A stretch of 64,000 bases of DNA from an uncultured Verrucomicrobiae bacterium (GCA_963756875.1 CAVWPA010000001.1:320001-384000), one strand, 5' to 3'. Shown: positions 48,535 to 61,000, counted from the stretch's first letter. Numbers and translations are program-made. The notes: a model not told the origin generated them from the letters alone.

Positions 48535-49676
48535 AATCGTCGAAACGTCCAAGCCAGCGGATTCCGTGGTGGGCCTATCTGCTCTTTATCGTCCTGGGAG
48601 CGTTAGCGGTGTTTTGGAATTATGAGCATCATATCGATTCCGAAAAGGCGGGACAGCCTCCCGTGCATCCAGTGCTTGTGACGAAAGTGATCACCAAGGA
48701 TTCGCCGGTTTATCTTGATGAAATCGGCACCTGCGCGGCGTATGAAACCGTTCAAGTCCAGGCGCAGGTGAACGGCCAGATTATTTCGCGCGATTTTAAG
48801 GATGGGGCCGACGTGAAGAAGGGAGACTTGCTTTTTACGATCGATCCGCGGCCGTACCAGGCGGCTTTGGACCAAGCGAAAGCGCAGGCCGCGTTAGACA
48901 AGGCCACGCTGAAGCGGCAGGAGGACCTCCGCGCCAGAAAAGTTATATCCCCGCAGGACTACGACATCGCTCAGGCGAATGCAGAGAAGTCCCAGGCAGC
49001 GACCGAGGCTGCTCAGGTTAATCTCGATTATTGCTCCATAAAATCGCCCATTAATGGACGAGTAGGACTGCGCAATGTCGATGTTGGGAATCTGGTTGGC
49101 CCGTCGAGTCCGCCGCTCGTCATTATCCAGGGGCTCGATCCCATTTACAGCGATTTCACGGTGGCCGAAACCGACCTGGCGCTGGTGCGTCGCTATCTCG
49201 GCGGGCCGAACGTGAAAGTCCAGACAAGCGCGCCGGACTCGGGTGTAGCGCCACGCATGGGTGATCTCTATTTCATTGATAATGCCGTCCAGCCAGGGTC
49301 CGGCACGGTGAAGGCGCGCGGGGTAACGCCGAATCCGGATCATGCCTTTTGGCCATCCGAGTTTGTGCGGGTCCGTTTCATTCTTGATATGATCAAGGAC
49401 GCAGAGCTCGTGCCTTCGCAGGCGGTGCAGATCAGTCAAAACGGGCCATTTGTTTTTGTCGTGAAACCGGACAACACGGTAGATCTTCGGCCGGTGAAAC
49501 CGGGCCAGCCCCAGGATGGCGATCTCACGGTAATTGAAAGCGGTGTGAAACCGGGAGAGACCGTGGTGGTCACCGGTCAGCTGGCGCTTTCGCCGGGCGC
49601 GAAGGTCGAACCCAAACCGTACCACGCCCCAACCGAGAGCAGCGAACATCAAGTTGCGGCCCAGAACGCTTTGTAA
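48531..49676 (+). CDS. RND efflux periplasmic adaptor (MdtA-like)
   Basis: VKKGDLLFTIDPRPYQ, IKSPINGRVG, FIDNAV, GETVVVTGQ. Confidence 0.93.
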   Translation: MKSSKRPSQRIPWWAYLLFIVLGALAVFWNYEHHIDSEKAGQPPVHPVLVTKVITKDSPVYLDEIGTCAAYETVQVQAQVNGQIISRDFKDGADVKKGDLLFTIDPRPYQAALDQAKAQAALDKATLKRQEDLRARKVISPQDYDIAQANAEKSQAATEAAQVNLDYCSIKSPINGRVGLRNVDVGNLVGPSSPPLVIIQGLDPIYSDFTVAETDLALVRRYLGGPNVKVQTSAPDSGVAPRMGDLYFIDNAVQPGSGTVKARGVTPNPDHAFWPSEFVRVRFILDMIKDAELVPSQAVQISQNGPFVFVVKPDNTVDLRPVKPGQPQDGDLTVIESGVKPGETVVVTGQLALSPGAKVEPKPYHAPTESSEHQVAAQNAL

Positions 49677-49696
49677 TCTCGCCTTTTCCTTTCGAT

Positions 49697-52600
49697 ATGG
49701 ATCGTTCCGACGAACACGATGGAGCCTCCGGCCACAATGGCGGTTCCGAAGATCGATATCCCGACAGGTCGGCCGCGGCGCCCGTGTCGCCCGCAAGCGG
49801 GCCCAGTAGTAGGTTAATCCAGGTTACCGGCTCCGGACTTTCCGGGCCGTTCATTCGCCGTCCGGTGATGACGGTGCTGCTGACCCTGTCGGTAATCGTT
49901 GCCGGGTTCGCCACGTATAACAAACTCGCGGTGAACGACCTTCCCGCGGTCGATTACCCTGTTATCCAGGTCAGCTGCTCGTATCCCGGCGCCAATCCGA
50001 CCACCATGGCGAACAACATCGCCACGCCGCTTGAGAAGCAGTTCCTGCAAATCCCCGGCCTCGACCTCATTACCAGCTCGAGCACCCAGGGTCAGACCGG
50101 ATTGACGCTGCAGTTCAACATGAGCAAAAGCATCGTTGACGCGGCTACCGATGTGCAGGCGGCGATCCAACGTGCAACCGGGAAGTTGCCCATCGATTTG
50201 CCCAGCCCGCCGACCTTCACGAAAACAAATCCGAACGATCAGTCGGTCTATCTGCTCGGGCTGTTGTCCGATACCCTGACCGACGGCGATCTATATAAGT
50301 ATGCGTCCACAGCTGTGGCGCAACGCATCGCCATTCTTCCGGGGGTCTCGCAGGTCAACATTTACGGTGTCCAGGGTGCGATTCGAATTAAAGCCGATCC
50401 CGCCGCGCTGGCCGCCCGCGGTTTGACCATGGACGATGTAGCCAGCGCGATCAAAGCCGGGACCGTTTATTCCGGCGCGGGTCAATTCGACGGCGCTCAT
50501 CGCACTTTCATTCTGCAACCGAACGGGCAGCTCAGCACTGCGGAAGGCTATCGCAATCTGATCGTGGCGCGAAACAGGGATGGCTCGCCGGTCTTCCTGC
50601 GCGACATAGCCGATGTTTACCAGGGCGTGCAGGACGAGCGGCTTTCGCGCACTTTTTGGATGCGCGGATTTAAGCCTCCAGGGTCGGTGGTCGTGCTGGC
50701 GGTCTCACGGCAAGCAGGCGCGAACGCGGTGGAAGTCGCCGACTCGGTAAAAGCGCTCTTCCCTGAGTTGCGAGCGAGCCTTCCCGGATCCATCCAACTC
50801 ATTCCGGTGTTCGATCGCTCGCAGGGGATCGTCAATTCTGTGCACGATGTGGAATATACGCTGGTCATCGCCTTCATGCTGGTGGTGATGGTGATCTATG
50901 TTTTTCTGGGTCGCGCTACCGACACACTCATTCCGGTGGTGGCCTTGCCGCTTTCGCTGCTGCTCACGGTCACGGCGATGTACGCGCTGAACTACTCCAT
51001 CAACAACCTGACGTTGATGGCACTCATGCTGGCCATTGGGTTCCTGGTTGATGATGCCATCGTGTTCCTGGAAAACGTGGTGCGGCGCGCCGAGCACGGC
51101 GAATCCATCCTAAGGGCGGCTTACAACAGCGCCGGCGAAATTTCGTTCACCATTCTGTCGATGACCCTGTCGCTGGCGGCGGTCTTTATCCCGCTCGTTT
51201 TCCTGCCCGGTTTGCTCGGCCGTATCTTCCGCGAGTTTTCGGCCACGATCATTGTGGCAATTTTGTCTTCGGGGCTGGTCTCGTTGACGCTTACGCCGTT
51301 GATGTGTGCGCGCATTCTGGGAGAACGGAGGGCCGGCCACAAACGCGCGCGGATGGAGAAGTGGACAGGCGATTTCATCAAGCGCGTGATTGCCGCTTAC
51401 GGCCGCGCGTTGGACAAATTCCTGGATCGCGCCTGGCTGACTGTTCCCATTCTCCTTGGATGCATCCTCGGGCTCTGGTTCTTCTTTACTCATTTGCCAT
51501 TTACGCTCCTGCCGCCCGGCGACAGCGGTTTTATCCGGGGCGTTTTCATTGCGCAGGAAGGTTCTTCGCCGGCGCAGATGCGCGCGTATCAGCAGCAGGT
51601 CAACGCAAAGCTGAAAGAAGATCCGAACGTCGCGCAATTTTTCACCCTGGCCGGTCTTTCCACTCGGAGCGCTTCCTCGCAGGGGCTCATGTTTCTCTTT
51701 CTCAAACCGAGAAGCGAGCGGCCCGACATTGAGCAATGCGTTCTCGAGCTGCAAAAAAAAATCGCCACCGTGCCGGGCGTGACGGCGGTCATGCGACCCA
51801 ATCCGGTCCTGCAAATCAACATCGGCGCGACCAACCAGACGCAGGGACAATATGCCTACACCCTCAGCGGCATTGTGCCCGCTGATGTTTATGCCGCCTC
51901 CGACCAGTTGATGGAGAAACTCAGTGGCTTCAAGGGTTTCGCCACTCTCCGCTCCGATTACTACCACGACACGCCGAACCTGACTGTCGACATCGATCGC
52001 GAACGCGCCGCCACGTACGGCGTTTCTACTTCCGCGGTAGAAAGTCTTCTCCGGACGGCCTACTCGCAAAACTATGTTTATTTAATCAAGGAGCCCGAGG
52101 ACCAGTATGAAGTGATTTTGGAGGTTAAGGACAAGGAACGCGCGCAACCGGCCGACCTGAACAATCTGTATGTGCGTGGCAGTACCGGTGGAACGGTCGC
52201 TCCTGTGGGAGGCAATAGCGGAGGTGCCCTCCCGACTACTAGCGGCCTGATTTCCAATCTTGTCCCGCTGCGCGCCGTTACGTCGACAAAGCAGATCCTC
52301 GGACCGCTGGCGGTGAACCATCTAAACCAGTTCACCAGCGTAACAATCAATTTTAATTTGCTGCCCAATGTCGCCATCGGCGATGCGACCAAGTACATCG
52401 AAGACAGTTTTGCCCAGGTTCATCGGCAATTCCCGACAGGTACAGGCGACGTTTCAAGGTGAAGCGCTCGTTTTCCGTCAGCTTTTCGCGTCACTCCCGC
52501 TCCTGCTGATCGCTGCCATCTTTGTGATGTATGTGATTCTGGGAATTCTTTACGAAAGTTATGTTCATCCTATTACAGTGTTGTTTCCCGCCATTGTTCC

Positions 52601-53090
52601 GGCGGTCGTCGGCGGCCTTTTCACGCTTTGGATTTTTCATTCCACCCTTTCTCTCTATAGCGTCATCGGCCTTTTCCTGCTGCTCGGTATCGTCAAGAAA
52701 AACGGAATCCTGGTGGTCGATTTCGCACTGAAACGGATCGATGAAGGGCTGGGCCTGCGAGAGGCAATTCACGAAGCGAGTCTTGAGCGTTTTCGTCCGA
52801 TCATGATGACGACGCTCTCTGCCCTCATGGGCGCAATCCCGCTGGCCATCGGTTTCGGATCGGACGCCTCGTCACGCCGCCCGCTGGGTCTTGTCATTGT
52901 TGGAGGATTGATCTTCTCGCAAATGGTCACGCTTTTTGTCACGCCAGTGATTTATCTCTGGCTCGAATGGTTCCAGGAACACGTGCTCGACAAGGTGCCG
53001 TTTCTGCGCAGCGCGCACATGCATCACGAAGGCGAGTTGGCCCGACCGGGCGACGGTCGAGCCAAACCGCAGCCGGCCGTGGCGCAATAA
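49697..53090 (+). CDS. RND efflux permease (MdtB/C-like), split by one frameshift near 52430-52440
   Basis: FIRRPV, GFLVDDAIVFLEN in ORF 49697-52462; QATFQGEA, GIVKKNGI, RFRPIMMTT continue in another frame to 53090. Confidence 0.9.
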
Positions 53091-53106
53091 GACAGGCGCA
53101 GGTTCG

Positions 53107-53688
53107 CTAGGGCGGAGTCTGCGGCTTTGGCGGCACGGAGAGTTTCGAGTCGATGGTCCGGCCGCCGTAATCGAAATGAACAACGCCATCTTCGATTTTT
53201 GTCACCAGCACAGCGCCCGTGTCGTCCCCGACCCTCACTTCTATCCAGTCATCCTCGGCCAGTCGTCTTCCATTCACGATCGCAAGATGAATATCGCCGA
53301 GCGCAATGGAAGTAACATGGAGCATCTCGGCTGTAATCGGGAGACCCGTCTTCAACGGGACATTTCCAGGCAGGGGTGGAGGCGTGGACAGGCGTTTCAT
53401 CGGCGGGGTCGCTGGCAGTTCATCGCCAAGAGATGCCAGCCGATGAGTCGGTCCCGGTTGGATGAGATAAATGTAGCCAACCAGGATGGCAAGCGCGACG
53501 AAGACAAAGCCTCCAAGGAACGTGAAAAGACTGATGTTCGAATATCGCGCGCGGTCTGAAATTACCGGCTCTTCCCCCGATTGTTCGTTCTCGCTGCCTG
53601 GAGCCACCTCGCGGACAAACCTCTCCTCCGGTTCGTCCCGTCGAACCATATTCAGCCCGTCATCCTCTGAACCTGGGGGATCTGTCAT
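53107..53688 (-). CDS. Single-TM hypothetical protein with a small C-terminal beta domain (GspB/MshK-like)
   Basis: TM helix, Pro-rich linker, LHVTSI...AIVNGRRL...VTKIEDGVV. Start uncertain. Confidence 0.5.
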   Translation of the reverse strand: MTDPPGSEDDGLNMVRRDEPEERFVREVAPGSENEQSGEEPVISDRARYSNISLFTFLGGFVFVALAILVGYIYLIQPGPTHRLASLGDELPATPPMKRLSTPPPLPGNVPLKTGLPITAEMLHVTSIALGDIHLAIVNGRRLAEDDWIEVRVGDDTGAVLVTKIEDGVVHFDYGGRTIDSKLSVPPKPQTPP

Positions 53689-53821
53689 AGAAAATAAAAG
53701 CTGGGCGCCAGATGGCCAAAGAATCGGCGTTCGAGCGCAAGTTGCAACCGGAAAACCAAACCCTTCGAGTGCGTGACGACTTAACATTTAGATTTTGGAG
53801 CCAAACGCGATACCGTGCGAC

Positions 53822-54868
53822 ATGCGAGCGATGGTGCTTGAAAAAATTGGAGCTCCGCTTGTACTGCGCGACCTGCCCACGCCGAAGCCGGCGAAAGGTC
53901 AATTGCTCGTGCGCGTCGCCGCGTGCGCTGTTTGTCGCACCGATCTCCACATTGTGGATGCTGAACTTCCGGATCCGAAATTGCCGCTCATCATGGGTCA
54001 TCAAATCGTCGGCCAGGTAGAAGAAATCGGAGAGGAAGGCAATCCGCAATCCGGAAAGAAGGCCAGTCCGGCTCGGACCGCTCCGCAATTTCAAATCGGC
54101 GACCGGGTCGGCATTCCGTGGCTCGGCTGGACCGATGGCGAATGCGCTTATTGCCGATCCGGCCGGGAGAATCTTTGCGACCGCGCACGTTTTACCGGTT
54201 ATACCATCGATGGCGGCTACGCGGACTTCACGGTTGCGGACGCGCGATATTGTTTCCATCTCCCCGACAACTACAGTGATGTCGAAGTTGCGCCGCTGCT
54301 TTGCGCCGGCCTCATCGGTTATCGATCCTATCGCAAGACCGGTGATGCCCGTCGCCTCGGCCTTTATGGCTTTGGCAACGCCGCGCATCTGATTGCGCAG
54401 ATTGCCCTTTATCAGGGCCGGAAAATTTTTGCGTTTACGCGTCCGGGCGATACGGCAACGCAAGAGTCGGCAAGGAAAATGGGTGCCGCCTGGGCCGGTG
54501 GTTCCGATGAAACGCCGCCGGAAAAGCTCGATGCCGCGATCGTATTTGCCTCGGTTGGTCCGCTGGTGCCCGCTGCTCTACGAGCGCTTGCCAAAGGGGG
54601 GATCGTTGTCTGCGGCGGCATCCACATGACGGAGATCCCGTCCTTCCCGTATGACGATCTTTGGGAAGAGCGCACGATTACGTCCGTCGCAAACCTGACA
54701 CGACAGGACGGCGACGAATTTCTCGAGATCGCTCCGCGTGTTCCGGTGAAAACCAAAACGGTGACGTTCCCACTCGAGGACGCCAACACCGCGATCCAGA
54801 AATTCCGTGGCGGCAAGCTGGACGGTACCGCGGTTCTCTTGATCAACGCCGACAGCTCGATCAAGTAA
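53822..54868 (+). CDS. Zinc-dependent alcohol dehydrogenase family protein
   Basis: CAVCRTDLH, GHQIVG, DGECAYC...ENLC, APLLCAG, GLYGFG. Confidence 0.92.
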   Translation: MRAMVLEKIGAPLVLRDLPTPKPAKGQLLVRVAACAVCRTDLHIVDAELPDPKLPLIMGHQIVGQVEEIGEEGNPQSGKKASPARTAPQFQIGDRVGIPWLGWTDGECAYCRSGRENLCDRARFTGYTIDGGYADFTVADARYCFHLPDNYSDVEVAPLLCAGLIGYRSYRKTGDARRLGLYGFGNAAHLIAQIALYQGRKIFAFTRPGDTATQESARKMGAAWAGGSDETPPEKLDAAIVFASVGPLVPAALRALAKGGIVVCGGIHMTEIPSFPYDDLWEERTITSVANLTRQDGDEFLEIAPRVPVKTKTVTFPLEDANTAIQKFRGGKLDGTAVLLINADSSIK

Positions 54869-54882
54869 GTCGCCTCGTCAAT

Positions 54883-57408
54883 TTAGCGATACCGCGCGGC
54901 CTGATTCGGTTTGCCCCACGCCTCGTAGAGTTTCACCAGACGTTCGCGCGCCTCTATCGCACGGCGATCTCCTCCATCCAGTTTCGCTTTGAGTCCGTTG
55001 TAGCTGTGGATAAGGAGCGGTTCCGCTTCCGAATAACGCTTCTCAGCGGTCAAACATTCGCCCAGCGCGCTTTCGGTGAATGGAATCAACACATTTTCAT
55101 TCGGTAAAAGCTTTTTCCGAATCGTAAGCGCTTCGCGCAACAACGGTTCGCCTTTGGCGGGTCTGCCGAGTCGCGTCAAGGTCAGTCCGAGAGCTGCTTT
55201 TACTGCAACCGGGATGGGGTGTTCGCGCGGAAAGAATTTCAACGAAAGATCGAGAGCTTTCCGATATTGAGTTTCGGCATCATGGTAATTGCCCTTTAAA
55301 AAATAAACTCGTCCCAAGTCTCTGCTGATCGCTGCGACGCTGGAGCTGTCGTCGCCCAGAACTTTGCGATAAGTCGCATAACTCTGCCGGAGTACGGTCT
55401 CCGCTTCGGCGTATGCTCCTCGATTAGTGAGGAGCTCGCCCAGGTAGTCCCGGGCTTGCGCGCGAAAGATCCGATATCGACCATTGGTGCGGTTGCCTAC
55501 TTCGATAGCGCGGCGAAAAAGCCGCTCTGCGCCGGCGATGTCGCCAGACTGTTCGCGCGCAAGTGCAAGGCCCGACAACGTCGCCATATAGTAACCGTGA
55601 TTTTTGCCAAGATATCTTCCGATCTGATCGACAGCTTCCTCGAGGAAAGGCTCTGCGGCTTTTCCGTTGCCTTGCCAGAATAAATTCATACCCAGGCTGT
55701 AGAGGGCCACACCAAGATCTGCATTCCCGCTTGGGTGCAGTTTGCGCTGGAGTTCGACGGCTTTGCGCGAAATCGTTTCTCCTTCAGCCGCTTTATCTTG
55801 AAAGGCCAGATCGAGCCCAAGCCAGCCCATGGTGGTCGCCGTTGTCGCATTCAGCTCGCCGTTCGCTTTCCGGCTCGCGTCCAGCGCCGCGCGCAAATTC
55901 TCCTCTGCGGGCGCGAACAAGCCCAGGGAAATGTAGGTGCGCCCCAACGTCATCAGGACATCCGCCATTGCATCGGGCTGATTCGTCAACTCGCTCCTGG
56001 CCCGGCGCGACGCTTCGCCAAGAACGTCGACCACTTTAATATCAATTCCTTTGGTTTCCGGAGCCGCTGCTCCGAGCATGTCTTGCAAAAATGTGTTGAT
56101 GCGCTCGGCTCTCAACCTTTCGCGTTCGGCCACGTCGCGCTGCCGGCGCGCGATTTGCCCCTGCCATAATGCGGCGATTGTTCCGCCAACGATCGCGAGA
56201 AAAATCAAGGATACAGCCGCCACTGCCACTTTATTACGGGCCACGAATTTTGATGCGCGATAACCGGCGGTGTCTTTGCGGGCGGTAACAGGCCGGCCTT
56301 CGAGATAATGGCGAATGTCTTCTGCAAATTGGCTGACCGAGCGGTAGCGGCGTTCCGGCTCTTTGCGAAGCGCCTTAAGAACAATGTTATCCAGATCGCC
56401 ACGCAAATGCGGCACGCGCTTCCAGCCCGTGAACCATCGGCCAGAACCGGACGCCACAATGGTACTTGGTTTGGTTGGCTCCCGTTCCGTGACCGCACGG
56501 GCGATGGCGGCGGGTGTGCGAGCGGAGATTTGGTACGGCTTTTGGCCGGTCAACAACTCGTAGAGAACAACGCCAAGACTGTAGATGTCGCTCGCGGTGG
56601 TCATGTTCTCGCCCCGCACCTGTTCCGGACTGGCGTAGTGCGGTGTCATGGCGACGGAGTAGGTCATGGTTTGCTCCGCGATTGCGGCAGTCTCCGGGTC
56701 GACAAGCCTGGCGATTCCGAAATCGAGCAGCTTCGGTTCCCCCTCGGCGGTCACCCGGATGTTTGCCGGTTTAATGTCGCGGTGAATAACCAGGTGCTGG
56801 TGCGCGTAGGAAACGGCAGCGCAGATCCTTCGAAACAACTCCAATCGCTGCGGGATCGAGTTCGAGCCGGACTGATGGAATTTTTCGCGGCAATAATCAT
56901 CCAGTCTCGAGCCATCAACGTATTCCATGACAAAATAAGGCAGTCCATTTGCGGTCAACGCGCCGCCGTATAGCTGCGCGATGTTTGGATGAGTGAGACC
57001 GGCCAGAATCTGTTCTTCCCTATAAAAATGACGGACAAAGTTCGGCGCGCCCAAACCGTATTTGAGGAGCTTAATGGCAACCTTGCGCTGCAATTTCGTG
57101 TCTTCGGCCAGATAGACTTCGCCCATGCCGCCTTCGCCGATGAGTGAGAGGATTTTATAATCGCCGAGGACGTCGCCGGCCTTTAATTCACGACATTCGT
57201 CCGCCAGCATCTCGGCGACTTTTTCGACCGCAGGCTGTTCGATGAAGTCGCGCGCTTTTTCTTGAAATAGCAAGAGCGATCCGACTTCGCCGAGCAACTC
57301 AGGATCGCCGGCGCAAAGATCGGCAATCATCGCGCCGCGTTGCGCTGCTTCCACCTCGAGTGCGCGCTCGACGATCTCCGCGACGCGCTCCACCTGCTCA
57401 GGCCGCAT
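54883..57408 (-). CDS. Membrane Ser/Thr protein kinase with extracytoplasmic TPR repeats
   Basis: GEGGMGEVY, VAIK, HRDIKPAN, DFG, TPHYASPEQ; TM helix; kinesin-light-chain-type TPRs. Confidence 0.95.
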   Translation of the reverse strand: MRPEQVERVAEIVERALEVEAAQRGAMIADLCAGDPELLGEVGSLLLFQEKARDFIEQPAVEKVAEMLADECRELKAGDVLGDYKILSLIGEGGMGEVYLAEDTKLQRKVAIKLLKYGLGAPNFVRHFYREEQILAGLTHPNIAQLYGGALTANGLPYFVMEYVDGSRLDDYCREKFHQSGSNSIPQRLELFRRICAAVSYAHQHLVIHRDIKPANIRVTAEGEPKLLDFGIARLVDPETAAIAEQTMTYSVAMTPHYASPEQVRGENMTTASDIYSLGVVLYELLTGQKPYQISARTPAAIARAVTEREPTKPSTIVASGSGRWFTGWKRVPHLRGDLDNIVLKALRKEPERRYRSVSQFAEDIRHYLEGRPVTARKDTAGYRASKFVARNKVAVAAVSLIFLAIVGGTIAALWQGQIARRQRDVAERERLRAERINTFLQDMLGAAAPETKGIDIKVVDVLGEASRRARSELTNQPDAMADVLMTLGRTYISLGLFAPAEENLRAALDASRKANGELNATTATTMGWLGLDLAFQDKAAEGETISRKAVELQRKLHPSGNADLGVALYSLGMNLFWQGNGKAAEPFLEEAVDQIGRYLGKNHGYYMATLSGLALAREQSGDIAGAERLFRRAIEVGNRTNGRYRIFRAQARDYLGELLTNRGAYAEAETVLRQSYATYRKVLGDDSSSVAAISRDLGRVYFLKGNYHDAETQYRKALDLSLKFFPREHPIPVAVKAALGLTLTRLGRPAKGEPLLREALTIRKKLLPNENVLIPFTESALGECLTAEKRYSEAEPLLIHSYNGLKAKLDGGDRRAIEARERLVKLYEAWGKPNQAARYR

Positions 57409-57967
57409 GTTGGTTCAGCTCACGGCACAGCCAGAGCTTGGCGAAATTCCAGTCGCGCAAAACGGTTTTCTCCGAAACCTGGAGAACTTCCGAAATTTCC
57501 CTGGTGTCGAGGCCACCGAAGAATTTGAGTTCAACCACTTCGCTTTTTCGCGGGTAGATGTTCGCGAAGGTCTCCAAGGCTCCGTCGAGCGCGACTAATT
57601 CCACCGAATTCTTGGCAGCCAGCTCGTTCGCTTCCTCCAGAGAGAGCTTCTGTTGGAGGCCACCCCGCTTGGCCGCGTTATGCGCGCGCGCGTGGTCGAC
57701 CAAAATCCGGCGCATCAGGCGCGCGGCGATGCCGTAGAAATGCGCCCGATCCTTCCAAGTAAGGCGGGTTTCGTCGGCGAGACGAAGATACGCCTCGTGG
57801 ACCAGCGCGGTCGCTTGCAGGGTGTGATCGGCGCGTTCCCTCCGCAGATAGTCGCGTGCTAGCCGGCGCAATTGTTCGTAGACGAGCGGCATCAGCTTTT
57901 CGGGCGCGTCGTTGTCGCCGGCACTCCAATCTTTCAGGATTTGTGTGACGTCGTTTGCAGCAATCAT
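57398..57967 (-). CDS. ECF sigma factor, TIGR02999 (kinase-associated) type
   Basis: LVYEQLRRLA, HTLQATALVHEAYLRL, MRRILVDHAR..AAKRGG, TVLRDW. Confidence 0.92.
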   Translation of the reverse strand: MIAANDVTQILKDWSAGDNDAPEKLMPLVYEQLRRLARDYLRRERADHTLQATALVHEAYLRLADETRLTWKDRAHFYGIAARLMRRILVDHARAHNAAKRGGLQQKLSLEEANELAAKNSVELVALDGALETFANIYPRKSEVVELKFFGGLDTREISEVLQVSEKTVLRDWNFAKLWLCRELNQHAA

Positions 57968-58091
57968 GCAGCCGATTCCGGGCAGTTAGTTACCGATCTT
58001 AGTGCAATTCCAGCCTGCCGCGCGAAGCTATTTTCGCAAAAAATGTCCGTTTTCACCCGCTCCCTCCGCATTGCTGCTTGGAAGGACGAAT

Positions 58092-61000
58092 ATGAAAACG
58101 AACATGCTATCCCGAACCGCTGTTGCAATTCTGGCGTTGTATGGTTTTGGACTCGCGTCTGCGACTGCCCAGGAAGTTACGGCTACTTTCACGAATTCCT
58201 TCGGCGATGGCGTTTGGGAGCGAGACGCGCACATCGGGGTCATTGGCAATCCAGGCGATCCGAGCACCCCGGGCAATTGGGACACAGGCGCTTATCCGAC
58301 CAACCACCATTACATTACTGACCCCAACACCGGAAACAAAGTTCCCAACAACGATCCGCTTTACGACGCCCTGGTCGGCATGAACGGCTGCAGCCTGGGT
58401 GCCGGAGTCCAGGTGCTAACAGCCACCGTAGTCAATGGCGTGACACTGAATATCGTCCCGCATGGCGATCTGGGAATCGCGGGCGCCAACGGGATTACCA
58501 ATAACGGAACGATCACGGTCAATCCCACTGCTGCGCCCACCCCTGCCGGCATTCAGTTTTTTGCCGACTCGCAAATCACGGGGGCCGGCACCATTACTCT
58601 CAACGGCATCAATAGTCGTGCCGCCAATTATCCGGGTCGGCCGGACGCCTTTATTGCGAACGATAATGGAAATACCGGCGGTGGTCACACGGTCACCCAT
58701 GGCGCCAACCATTTGATCCATGGCCGGGGCGACATCAGCACGGACGATAACGCGGCGACGTGGATCAACAATGGGACCATCGACGCCGACGTGACTGGAG
58801 GTTTGCTGCGGATGTATTTCAGCAGTAACGCGAATCAGAACAATAATCTCCTGGAAGCCACTAACGGCGGGACATTGTACATTGAGGACGGAGTGCTCAA
58901 TCAGGCCGTCGCCGCCAGCATCTTCGCCGCCGACGGGAGCTACGTTCAGCTTGGTAACGTTACTTTGGCGAACAATCACTTCAGGCTGAACGGCGGAATC
59001 CTTGACACGGCAGGCAGCGGCTTGATCGAGGCCAACTCGCTCGACGCCGATGGCATTATCAACAATGGCGCGGTCGAATTATTGCCGGGCGATCACATTC
59101 GTGTCTTTTCAGGCGGTATAACAAATAATGGAACGATTCTGATCAATACCACCGCGGCCAGTACTCACACCACGGTGCAGTTTCTGAATAACGCGCAATT
59201 TGATGGTTCCGGGAGCATCGAGTTAAACGGCATCAACAGTTCCGATGCCTTGCTTACCAATAGCAACGGAAATACCGGCGGCGGCCAGAACATTACAAAC
59301 GGCGCAAATCATCTGATCCATGGCCGCGGTGATCTCGATGCAAGCGATAATCCCGGAGTGTTTGTCAATAATGGGACAATCAACGCCGACGTGGACGGCG
59401 ACCAGTTGCGCGTCTTTTTCTACAATGGAGCCGGAAGTGAAAACAACGGGACCATGGAGGCCACCAACGGTGGCACGCTCTTTTTTGAGACCGGTTCTGT
59501 AGATCAAAGTGGCGGCGGTATCCTTTTTGCCGGCGACAACAGTCTGGTGCAATTAGGCAGCGTCAGTCAGAACCGCGTTCTTAGCGTTACCGGCGGCACG
59601 TTCAACACGGCGGGCACCGGGATCATCGATGCCAGCGACCTGGGAGTAGATGGATGCACGAACTCAGGAGCCATGGAAATGCTGCCTGGTGACTTTATGG
59701 ACGTGCATTCGAACGGCTTGACCAATAACGGCACGATCGTTGTCAACACGACTGCCGCCAGTACCAATACCGGTATCCGGTTCGCTGTGATCACTCAGAT
59801 CGCAGGGACGGGAAGCATTCAGCTCAACGGCATTTCGTCTTCCAACGCGTACATGTACAGCGGTAACGGTAACAGCGGGAGTGGCGTTCCGGTGACGAAT
59901 GGGGCCAGTCATACAATTCATGGACGGGGCGACATCAGCTTTGACACTGGCGGTGCCGTGCTGGTGAACAACGGCACCTTCAATGCCGACGTCGCCAATG
60001 GTGACACGCTTCGAGTGTTTCTTACCAACGATTCGCGCAATCAAAATAATAGCCTGATGGAGGCTACGAATGGTGGCACTCTGTTTTTCGAAAACGGGCG
60101 GCTCGATCAAAGCGGCGGCGGCGCGATTTTCGCCGATGCCGGCAGCACCGTCCTGCTGGGCAATAGTGGATTTGCCAACAATGTGTATCTACTAACGGGC
60201 GGAAATTTGAGCACGGCGTCCGACGGCGTGATCGAAGGGATAACAACCAGCTTCGCCGGCGATATCACAAACGGGGGTACCTTTGAGATTCCGTCCAACG
60301 ATCGAACATATATTGTTGCAACGACGCTGACGGACAACGGTACGATGACCGTGGATGATAACACCGCGCTGTTGCGTTTCGACCAGAACAACACCGCCAT
60401 CGGAGGCAACGGCTCCATTGTGTTAAACAACGGCGGCATCATGCGAATAAGTGGCGGCCAGACGGTCACCAACGGCAGCAATCACACGTTGAAGGGTAAT
60501 GGCACTCTGGACATCCAGGGCGCGCTAACCAATAACGGCATCATTGCACCCGGCCTTTCGCCAGGACAGTTGAACTTCAACGGCGCGCTCAATCTTGCAT
60601 CGACGTCGAACCTTTCCTTCGAGATTGCCGGAACAGGGCAGGGAACTACTTACGATCTGCTCAACAAAACCGATGGCGGCACATTCACCCTCAATGGCAA
60701 CCTGACCGTGCGCTTAATCAATGGCTTCATCCCCGCCAATGGCGACATCTTTACCATTGTTACCACACAACAAATTCTCGCCGGCGCATTCACCAACGTG
60801 GCCAACGGAGCGCGCCTGAACACAGCGGACGGCGGCGGCTCGTTCCAGGTCACTTACAATGTTCTCAATGATCCTGTGGCCTCACGTAATGTCACCTTAT
60901 CAAACTTCCAGCCCACGGCTACGCCAACACCTACTCCTACTCCCACGCCAACGCCGACCCCGACTCCCACTCCCACGCCACCTCCGTGTGGACCAAATGT

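Noticed and set aside
58486..60300. Diversity-generating retroelement TR/VR pair in the adhesin repeats
   Set aside because: No reverse transcriptase in the window; differences are mostly synonymous and not adenine-specific.
60915..60985. Hexamer repeat in the adhesin as a phase-variable SSR
   Set aside because: Synonymously diverse codons for a Pro-Thr linker.
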